This document shows positions 36,801 to 46,642 of a stretch of DNA of 64,000 nucleotides, in pieces. How positions within the stretch are numbered: position 1 is the stretch's first letter; every line of letters begins with the position of its first letter. The position numbers and the translations under genes were made by a program. The DNA is from Lama glama (Eukaryota). The stretch lies in assembly GCA_028534125.1 (NCBI GenBank), contig CM052832.1, forward strand, positions 15,068,001 through 15,132,000, given 5' to 3'. Below the pieces are notes generated by a model, which did no database searches, was not told where the DNA came from, and worked only from the letters and a program-made list of their open reading frames with translations.

Positions 36801-39800
36801 AGGCTCACATCCACCACCTTGGTCCTGCTTCCCAGGCAGGGTCAGCAGCCCTGTTTTTTAGCTGAGGAAGCTGAGGCCTCACCCCAGGTATACCTGGTGC
36901 CAGGGCTTGGCCCAGGCCCCCTATTTCCTGCACATCCTGTTGTCCTGCCATCAAAAGGATTGGCTTGGAGGAACCAGAACCAAGCCCCTTGCTACCCCTG
37001 CCCTGGCCTGGCCTGAAGAGGAGGGGGGTGAGGGTCGGCACAGGAGAGTGTGCAGGAGGACTTCATTACCCAGGGCCTGCTTGTGGCATGTTGTGGGGGT
37101 CTGAGCCCGCCGCTGTTGGTGGAGAGACATGCTTGGCCTGCCTGGGTAATTACATCTCAACATTTCATTTTGCTTGTCGGTTTCCACTTCCTGGGGATGT
37201 GGGCTCCTAAATATTTTATCCCAACCTGCAGCCGCCTATTCCTCTCTGGCCAAATCTCAGGCCTGGCTGCTGGTCCCTAACCATGGCCCCTCCCTGCCCA
37301 ATTGAGCCTCAGTTACTGCTGTGGGGTGGAGCAGACCAGAGGTCATCATCTCTGCACCCCTACTCCGCACAGCGGTCTCCACCACCTGCCTGCATTGGCT
37401 TTTCTTCCCAAGGGATCGTGGGTGAAGAGACTGGCAGATGACATTACTGGAAATTAGGCTCACGTCAAGCAACACTGACTGAGCGCCTACTGTGTGCCTG
37501 GTACTCTTCTGGAAACAAGGAAGTTAGAAAAGAGAAAGATGCAGTCTCCCTTTGAAGGGGCTTATGGGCTGATGGAGGAAACTGACATTATTATAATGCA
37601 GCAAACACTTACTGAATATTTATGTAGCATGTACTAACTCACTTATTTTTCATGCTTTATTATGAGAAGACGAGGCCCAGAGAGGTGAGTAACTTGTTCA
37701 AAGTCACGCAACTAAGAAGTGACAGAGCTGGGATCTGAACCCAGGCGACCTGGCTCCAGCCCTCATGCTTTGAAGCACGAGAGTTATAAAACCAGCCATA
37801 GCAGAGACAGAGGGTAGTGGTACCAGCAGAGAGCAGTGTGATGAGAGCCTGGGTGAGCAGTGATGAGTTCCCAGTGGGGAAGGATCTGGGGTGTTTCGTC
37901 GGGGAAGAGGTGGGGAAATCAAGGTTGGGGTTAGGCAGGTGGAGAAGCAGGAGGGATATTTCTGGCACAGCGACCAGCAAAGCCTCCAGGGTGGGAAAGT
38001 TTGGGTTGTGTTAGAGAAAGTGGTCTTGTGATAGGGCAAGGAATGATGAGGCTGAGGAGGGGGCTGAAAATCTGCTGTGTGACCTTGCCCCCAAGGCGTG
38101 TCACTGGAGCTAGGGTCTTGTTTTGAAAGGGGCTTTTCAGCAGAGAACTCTGAACACTTAGCAGTCCTGGGTCTGGCTGCCAGCTGGCTTGACTTGCTGT
38201 GTGAGCCTTGGGCAGACTCCCTTCCCTCTCTGAACCAAATCTGTGTGGCATTCCCTTAGTTGAGGCATGTCCAGCATGGCCACTGAGAGTAGGGTGAGGG
38301 GACCTGGGGGGGCTGGACTGGGCGAGGGGACTCGGGGGTGCTGGGGTGGGGGCTGGCCAGGAACCACCAGTCTCCTTGTGCCCTCCCCGCCACTTGCCTC
38401 TAAACACCTTCGCTTCCTTCTCTCTCTCTCTTTTTTTTTTCCGCCTTTCTCGCTTCAAAGGTGTTTTGCCTAAATGGGTTTGTGTTAAGATATTAGGTCA
38501 ATCACTCAGCAAATTTCCCTCTGCTCAGAGCTGAGCGCCATGAATAATGCAGCTCAGAACATCCTGCGCTGCCCAGCAGCCTCCCGGGAAGGGGACAGCA
38601 GCGCTCAGCTCAGGTGCTCTGAGCCCCACGGCTGCCCTGGCGGGTCCCCCACAACCTGCCGCCTCTCCCTCCCCAAAATATCCCCGCTGGGGCCGGGCCT
38701 GTCCATAGGTGACCGCTTTCCTCCTCATGACACCCCGGCCCTGTCTGGGAAGGGGGGGCAATGCTGTCTCACTTTACAGATGTGAGATGGGGGTTCAGAG
38801 AGGTTGGGTGACTTGGCTTTTATCATGTAGGTGATTAGATGGGATGTGGGCCCCATCTGTGCCCAGACTCAGCCTCCTGTGTCACAGCAGGCCAGCCTCT
38901 GATGCCTGTGTCCCTAGTACCTGCAGGTCCAGTCTGGTTCTCCACAGGTGCAGGGTGGGTGAGTGGATGGCCTGTTTTCTGAGGGAAGATGAGGGCTTTG
39001 CCCAGTGGGACCACTGAGGCGGCTTGCTAAATAGTTGTTGGATGACAGAGGTGTGGTCCCCCTCCATCCAATCACTACCCCACCCCTGTTAGCACTCCCT
39101 AGCCAGCCCCCCAACCCCGCACCTGTAGCAAAGGCCAAAGGCGAGGTGTTGATGATGCTAAGGTGTGGCCTGGGCTGGCTGGCGGCTCTAAGAAGGTAGG
39201 GACACCTAACTTGGGTGCCTGGCTCTGTGGCTGTGTGTAGGGTGACTGTGGGAGGTGGTATGTGGTGAGTGAGACTGTGTGAAGCTGTGTTGTTACTGCA
39301 TGAGCTTGTGTGGCTGTGGGATTGTGGGAGGTGTGACTGTGTGGCCATGTGCACGTCCTTGTGGCTGTGAGTCTGAGTATGAGGTTGTCGCCAGATTCTG
39401 TCCCCACGATGGGGTAGGGCTGTGTGTCTCTGAGGGCTTGGGACTATGAGATTATGTGAGGTTGTAGTGATGTGTGGTATGTGATTTTGTGAGGGTGTGT
39501 TTGTTGGGGGCACTGGGAGTGATGCTAGGGTGGGGTGTGCTGAGAATGTTCAGGAAAGAAAGTATGTGTGTCCTGCCTTGGACAGTCCCTGGGCCTCTAG
39601 GCTAAGGCCCCAGGTTCTGCCCAGTACCCTGTCCCTGGGGACAGTTCCTGGTTTCTCCTGTTGTCCCTGGTCCTTTGAGCATGTCTCACCAGCCCTGGGT
39701 CCTGACCTGAGATGGGTGATAAGGTCTCTGTCCTCCCAGCTCCTGCCCCACCCCCTCTACCTCAGCAGCCCCCACCCCAACTAGGACTTGCTTACTGCCC

Positions 39801-40999
39801 AGAGACCTTGCTCTGGGAGGCAGACTCAGGCCTTCACAGACACCATTGCATGTGACCCTCATTCCAACCCCACCAGGTAGTTTCTTTAAGTCCATCCCCA
39901 TTTTTCAAATGGGAAACCTGATCCTCAGAGAGGCTAAGTATCTTGTCCAAAGTCACTCAGCCAGGAAGCAGTGGAGTGAGCATCCTCCCCTCTTGTCTCC
40001 GACTGGAGGGGAGGAGGAAGCTGAAAGCAGGTGCAATGTTCATGCTTTGCACAAACCTTTGATGGGAGATATTTATAGGTGGGAAACGGGGTGACTGTCT
40101 TCCCCTCATTGTCCCTTAGTACCTGGGTCTTTCTGGCTCCAGTCAAATCTCTTGTAGTGGGCTCACTGCCTCCTGAGGGCTGGAGTCACCCTGCTCTCAT
40201 GCCCTTCTCTGCTGGCCCAGGGGTCTTCGGCCAGGCCCTTGGGGCCCCGCCGATTTGCACAGCTATCTTATACTTTTCCACTGGCTCTTCTGCATGCATG
40301 TTTCCTGAGCACTCACAGCAGGGAATTTGCATCTAGGTGGAGAAGTAAGCTCCCAACAGAAGGCAGGGCTGACAAAGAGGTCCTGAAGTGCAGGTGTCCA
40401 GCCCAACGTATGCTCAGACCCTGCAAGCCAGTCCTGCAGGGCAGGTACTGTGCATAGATTTTGCAGCCCACAGCCTGGCACTAAGTGGTTGCCCACTGTC
40501 TGTGTATACAGACTTCTGGACACTCAGTGTGACCAGGTGGTGGCTCAGAAGGGAGGTCACAGTGGGCTGAGGGGGTCTGGTAGGTCCCCAGAGGAGATGG
40601 GAAGCTTTGAGCATTTGGTCACCTTGGATTCCTACAGAGCCTCTGACCCCATGCTCATGCCAGCAGCTCCTGCCTTGCTGGTCCTCCCAACCCTGTCAGT
40701 CAGGCACTCAGTGGCTCATTCATCCAGCAAGTGTGGGTCATGGCCTGTTCTGAGCTGGTGAGCCTGTGTGCTGGGCCCCTTGAGGCCCAGAGTGGAGAGA
40801 TGGACACCGAGGAGATAAGCAGGCCTCCGTGAGGGAAGGGCTGTGATGGGGGGCCAGAGGGGCACTCTTGGCGGAGGGAGCAGCCTCTGAGAAGGCCTGC
40901 TGGGGCAGCAGGTGTGGTCAGATTGTGGGTTTTTGTAGGGACCAGGGTGAGGCTGGACGTTGCAGAACTGAGGGAGATATGTGGGCCTTGGGTGTTTCT

Positions 41000-41003
<4 letters not shown>

Positions 41004-41051
<48 letters not shown>
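41004..41051. repeat. (CA)24 microsatellite
   Basis: Read directly. Confidence 0.95.
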
Positions 41052-41055
<4 letters not shown>

Positions 41056-41551
41056 GGGAGCCACCAAGGGTGGCAGGCAGGGAGCCATATGTCAGATGAT
41101 CTGTGCTTTAGAAATAGGCTGCAGTGGACACTGGATGGTGGGGAGAAGAACCAGTAGTGGGAGCAGGAAGGGGGCTGATGGCCGTGAACCAGGACTGAGA
41201 CGACCCCTGGAGAGCCCTGAGCCCTCCGTGGAGTCCCAGACCCAGCTGAATCCAGAGCTGGCTGGAGTGGGGCCCCCCTCACTGTCCCCCCATCCCCGCT
41301 CACTCTGAACAGCCACAGGTTAGGGGACGTTCACTCAGGGCTTGGACGTCTTCCCGACCTCAGACACCCTTCCAGCCACAGCTTGGCTGCCTGGAATCCA
41401 CCACACAGCTCCGTTTATTTAGACAAGGACCTCGTTCCTGGCTGAAAACAAAGGTAGTACCATGTTCATCCCTTACCCTCTGAGTAGCTCCCTTTCCTGA
41501 GAGCCTGGTTTTCAGAGTGAGAAGGAAAGAAGGAGGGACAGGGAGAGAATT

Positions 41552-41554
<3 letters not shown>

Positions 41555-41588
<34 letters not shown>
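41555..41588. repeat. (TG)17 microsatellite
   Basis: Read directly. Confidence 0.95.
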
Positions 41589-41592
<4 letters not shown>

Positions 41593-41806
41593 TCTTCGTG
41601 TGACCACAGGGGGCCAACTTATGCCTTCCCCGACCCCTCTCTCTGCCGGGAGCCTGGGGGATGCTCTCAGGTTGTGTAACAACCCCCACTTTCTCTTCTG
41701 TGTTGCAGTTTGCTGCCTTCATATTTTGCGATAATGTAGATTTTTCCACTTGATTTCCTGGATTTGTCTTTCATTGTTTTTCTCTCTTTTTAGAGTTAAA
41801 AGGACC

Positions 41807-41850
41807 AAAAAAAAAAAAAAAAGAAAGAAAAAGAAAAAGAAAGAAAGAAA
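41807..41850. repeat. Poly-A / A-rich purine tract
   Basis: A-run followed by gaaagaaaaagaaaaagaaagaaagaaaa. Confidence 0.9.
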
Positions 41851-44257
41851 AGGGGAAGAGGAGCCAGGTCTTGCTGGACCTCCTGCAGCTGTTTCTGGGC
41901 TGGGGGAGGGCAGGCCTCGCTGCGCCCCCTGCACTGTGCAGCTGCAGGGAAATTGCTCCACGCTCTGGAGGAGGATTTTTCTCCTTCCAAGTCTGGAGCC
42001 CAGAGCCCGGGGTGCTTCTTGGGCAGAGGTAACAGCCTGGGTTGCAGAATGCGATCCCAGGGCCCTGGGTACTGGAGCAAGAGGGGATAGGCGCTGAGTC
42101 CCCAGGAGCTGTGGATGCGGTGCCCTATCTGGTCACCTCTCTGCCCCACTGCCTGGGGGCTGGCTGCTTAGCTGCTTCCTGGGAGGGGCCTAAGCCTTGC
42201 CCCAGGGGCTGGCAAGAGTGGATGTCCTGTTGAGGGAGAGAATGAAGGAACAGGGGGTGAGAGGATTCCTGGGCCTGGAGGATGTGGCTGAGGGCTCTGG
42301 GGAGGAACAGGAGAGCCCGGGTCCCCCGACTGTCCCCACCCGGGGTGAGCCTGGGTGAAAGCAGGCTGCCCTGGGGTGGGGGTGGGGCTTTTCTTTCGGC
42401 CTTCCCTGAACCACCAGGGTAGGCACAGCCCATGAGTTGGGGTGCCATGAAGGCAGGGGATCTGGGGGCTGCTTGGAGCGAGGGGAGAGGATTTATTTAG
42501 ATCGATGGAATGGAGAGAGCCACCCCGTGGGGTTCAAGGAGGGTGCTGGGGGAAGAAGAAGCTGAGCACAGGTGTAGTGATTGCGCTGTGTGTAAACCCA
42601 AGTCCCCCGGAGCATCAGGGAGACACCTCAGGTGGAAAACCAGGCTGACCGACTCCCCAGCCTGTCCCTTAGTGCCTGTAGGTCTCCATGGCCCAGCCTC
42701 AAACAAGCTCCCTGGATCGTCTGTGCTGATGGAGGGAGCCGGAAGTGGACAATCCCAGGCAGTGGAGGACAGAAAAACGAGGTCCTTTTGGCAATGATCT
42801 GTCATTTGAGGGTGGGATTTACAAGTCCAAAGTATTTTCAATTCCTGGCTTTCAGGCAAGGCAGCAGCCCCCAGAGCTAAGTCAGAGCAGAGTTCAAATC
42901 TGCCTCTGTGCTTCAGCTGTATGGCCAGGCTGCAGCCTCCCTGTCCCCTAGGATGAAGCTGGGTGGAGTGCGGGGCTGCAGCCCCCAGCCTCCCTCCATT
43001 GCATCGCTCTGCTTGCTTCCTCCTCTGCCCTGCCTCCCAGGTGTTTTCAGATCTCCACCCTGCAGTGTAAGCTGTATGATCAGAGGCTCTGCCCTCCTCA
43101 CAGCTGCATCCCAGCATCTAAACAGTGCCAGGCACATAGTAGGTGCTCAGCAAACATTTGTTGACTCAGTGAAGGAAAGGCAGTGGTAGCATGTTGGGCA
43201 GGGAGTGTCATGGGACACGTGGTGTCTGGGGAAGCATGCAGTGGGCCTGGCACCCAACAGGCCTTCCCTGCCACCCGTGTGGCCAGCAGTGCTGTCTCCT
43301 TGTGCCCCTCCTGGGCTGGTTGCTCTCTCTTCCGATCTTGCTTCCCAACTAGACTGAGCTCCCAAGGAAGGGGTTTTATTTGCTATTGTTTCTTAAGGAC
43401 TGAATATGCCAGGAACTGAGCAGGGCACTTCTCGAATGAGTGAATGAATGAATGAACACGCAGAGCTGGCCCTGCCCTTGGGGAGTGCAGCTGGAGGCAG
43501 ACACGGGCACTAACACATCGGCTGGACCTGGAGAACAATGGGAAAGGTCACAAAACCACACAGGGAAAGGGCGCAGAGACCACAAAATACAACAGGAAAC
43601 CCGTATCAAGTTTCGGTAGTGGAGTCTCCTTATCACGTTCAAGTCAGGGCAGCTGCCTGGAGCCTGGGGGCGGTGCAGGGTTCCAGCGGTCAGGGGAGGC
43701 CTGGCCAGGAAAGAGCCTGTCCTCAGGCAAAGGTAGGATTTCAGGAGCCAGATTGAGGAGGGGTGGGCAGCCCCATGTGGGGCTGGGCACTCACTGCAGG
43801 GTCCCAGTGAGGGTGGGGGTGGGAATTAGGGAGCTGGGAGAGGTGGGTGGGCTGGTGGGGCCCAGGGGGGTACAGGGATGTTCCAGCACTCACTGCAGGG
43901 GTTAGACTTGGGGTCTTCCCAGAGGTGGTGGGGAGCTGCAGGAGATGGGGGTTAACAGAGACCCAGTAACTGGGGTCTCTCCTTTCTCTTCCTGAGAGAG
44001 GCTGTGGACACAGACTTGGTTACAGCCCCACTTACTGCCTGTGTGACCTCTGTCAGGCTACTCAGCACCTCTGAGCCTGTTTCCTCATCTGTGAAATGCC
44101 TGCCCCAGGGCATGTGAGGATTTATTGAGTGCCCGGCATGCAATGGGTGCTCAGTGAATGCTGGTCCCTCTCCAGTCCTCCCCAGTCCTCTCTAGCTGCG
44201 CCAAGGGGCGAGGAGGGCTGTTGAGGCAGATACTGTGCCACTTACTACTGGAAGCTG

Positions 44258-44874
44258 GTGTCACCCCAGGAGAGCCAGCCCCTTAGTCCCTGGGCTGAGG
44301 CCCCCTGAGCAGCCAAGCTGACAATTGGGCAGTGATGCCAGGGGGCCCCATGGGCACTTGGTTTCTCTCTGTGGGGCCAGTGACACCGGTGGGTACTTAC
44401 TCCAGGGCAGATCCTGTGCCCAAACAAGCTCATGGGCCCCATGTGTTCCCTGACTCCACTTCTCAACCCGTTCCCGTTCCCCACGTGGCCTGTCATGACA
44501 CATTGGGCTGGCTGGTAGGTAGCCACAAGGAGCCGGATGGCCTGCATTCGAACCCCTGCTCTGTCCCCGACTATCTGCGTGACCTTGGGGAAGCCACTTA
44601 ACTTCTTTGTGCCTCAGCATCCTTTTTTTACACTTAATTTTATTTTTTGTAGGGGAGATAATTAGTTATGTATGTATGTATGTATGTATGTATGTATTTA
44701 TATGGAGGTACTAGGGACTGAACCCAGGACCTCATGCATGTTAAGTATGTGCTCTGCCACTGAGCTATACCCTGCCCCTACTCCCACCACAGCATCTCCA
44801 TCGAGGGGGGCTGCTCAGGCTGCTCAGGGGGCCTCAGCCCAGGGACTAAGGGGCTGGCTCTCCTGGGGTGACAC
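44258..44874. repeat. Perfect 57-bp inverted repeat (arms 44258-44314 and 44818-44874)
   Basis: Arms checked base by base as exact reverse complements. The same peptide AAQGASAQGLRGWLSWGDT appears on opposite strands in the ORF track. Confidence 0.95.
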
Positions 44875-44975
44875 TGTGCTGATAATACTAACCTCAGATG
44901 AGTGAATCCATGTAAAATGTTCAGAATAATATGCAATCTGCATCAGACACTCTATGAACGTTCACTAGTAATTGA
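44520..44975 (+). mobile_element. MIR interrupted by a SINE and by an inverted 57-bp templated copy
   Basis: The 5' part gtgaccttggggaagccacttaacttctttgtgcctcag precedes the SINE; the 3' part gataatactaacctc...atgtaaaatgttcagaata resumes after 44880. Confidence 0.7.
44622..44789 (-). mobile_element. tRNA-derived SINE, vic-1-like (camelid), inserted into a MIR
   Basis: The minus strand reads gggtatagctcagtggcagagcacatacttaacatgcatgaggtcctgggttcagtccctagtacctcc (A box and B box), then (TACA)n and an A-rich tail. Flanked by the direct repeat CAGCATC at 44615-44621 and 44790-44796. Confidence 0.85.
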
Positions 44976-46019
44976 GCTCGGCAAAAGCCCCCAAACTCCC
45001 CTCCAGTCCCCTGACCCTTGTGGTTGTAAGAATATCCCACCCTGCTTAGACCAGCGCTCATTTCTGAGGATCTTGTGACTCACTCACATTCTAGCTGACA
45101 GAGCTGTGGCCACCTAACTCTCCTTTCACCAGCAAAACGAAGCATTTAAGATGTACCCTGAGGTGTCAGGTAGGACCATCCCGTGCAACTTCTTCAGGGA
45201 GCATCAGCCAGAAATATGACTTAGCCTAAGCGTTTCTCCCTATTCGGAACAATTAACTCCCATCCCCTGCCTCCCTCTCCTCTGGCCCCCTGGTCCCCTC
45301 CTCCCTTCTGGAGCCAGGTGGCTCATCCTTTTCCTGTCCAGCCTTCTCCTTTTGTCCATCTGTTTCCCCAGATTGCGAGAGAAACGTCACAATTGGCCCA
45401 CTTTCTAACTGGAAAGAAACCATATGGAGGGTTTAGCTGGGAGCTGAGCGTCTGCCCGGCCACTGTTAGGGCCAGGCCAGCGCTGTGGGCAGCAGACTGG
45501 CTCCCTCTGGCTCTCTATGTAATCCGGGACTGGAGGTGCCCAGTCCTGCCCCCATACTCTCTCTTATTTTCTCCTTCTCTCCCTTCTCCAGGAGCTCCTG
45601 GTAGCCATGCTCTCCTCTGGGGCTTGGGACTTCTTTGGGTGTCTTAGGAGGACTTGAGGGGCTTGGTTTGCCTGAAAGTAGCAGAAAGTAAGGGAGGTGC
45701 TGGTCAGGGTGGGTCAGAGGCCTGTGGATGTTACAGAGAACCAGGGGTTCTACTTCCTGGTGGTGTGAGATTGTGTGTGTCATGTGGCCCCACGCCTGGC
45801 AGGCACCTGGCATGGGGCAGCCCTCTTTCTAGTGCGAGAAACTTGCCGTGCGTGCTGCTCTTACCAAGAACCTGTTAATGAGCACAGGGCCTGGGGACTA
45901 GAGCCCTCAGAGGTGTGTGTGGATGTGGGGGTTGGAGGCACTAATGACCCAGGGTGGACAATTTGCTGTCATTCTCAGATTTACTCCTCCAAAAACCATA
46001 TGAAGTGGTTACATTGAAA

Positions 46020-46380
46020 ATAACCAGTGTTTACTAAGCACTTGCTATGTGCCAGATATTATTGTATTTATATGTATGAACTCACTTAGCTTTATAACAA
46101 CCCTACAAAATAGGTAGTGTTGTTATCTTCACTTTATAGATGATGTACCTGAGGCACAGAGAGGTTCAGTAATCAGCCTGAAATCACACAGCATTAAGTA
46201 GCATGGCTGAAATTTGAACCCAGACAGTCTAGCTCCTAACTATGATGCTCTGTTGCCTCTTGCTGGCAACCTGTTTGTACATATGGGGAAACTGAGGCAC
46301 AGAGAACTTAAGTGGCATGTCCAGGGTGATATAGCTCATGACTAGCAAAGCTAAAATTTGCACTGTGGCTGTTCTGACTT
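46020..46380 (-). mobile_element. MIR plus a second MIR core
   Basis: tttactaagcacttgctatgtgccag...ctttatagatgatgtacctgaggcacagagaggtt; ggggaaactgaggcacagagaa. Confidence 0.8.
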
Positions 46381-46506
46381 CACAGCTCATGTTCAGAGAT
46401 CAGCACCTGGGAGCTAAGCATCAGGCTAGGGGAACGTGGGACCCCCCTGGAGTGTGGTTGGGGGAGAGACCCTGTCTGCCCCAGGCTGACTGGTACCCTT
46501 CTGCAG

Positions 46507-46642
46507 GGGGTGTGTGCATCGCCCAGTCAGTCAAGATACCACGGGAACCGAAGCCCGGGGAGTTTGACAAGATCATCCGGCGCCTCCTGGAGACCTCGAA
46601 CGCCAGGGCGATCATCATCTTTGCCAATGAGGACGACATCAG
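46507..46642 (+). CDS. GRM4: GRM4 internal coding exon (136 nt, phase 1 to 2), [44 protein letters not shown](R)
   Basis: Acceptor ttctgcAG|GG, donor AG|GTGAGG. The phase joins the previous exon (G+GG = Gly). Confidence 0.98.

Noticed and set aside
40700..41308. ORFs with (VC)n and (HT)n runs
   Set aside because: Translations of the (CA)24 microsatellite.
41750..42097. ORF with hydrophobic start and poly-Lys run
   Set aside because: Produced by a pyrimidine tract and an A-rich simple repeat; starts at TTG.
44700..44775. tRNA-like sequence on the minus strand
   Set aside because: It is the head of a SINE with tail and TSD, not a tRNA gene.
44258..44874. DNA transposon or MITE with 57-bp terminal inverted repeats
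   Set aside because: No convincing TSD (only TG), and the enclosed MIR continues beyond the right arm, so that arm is an insertion rather than a terminus.
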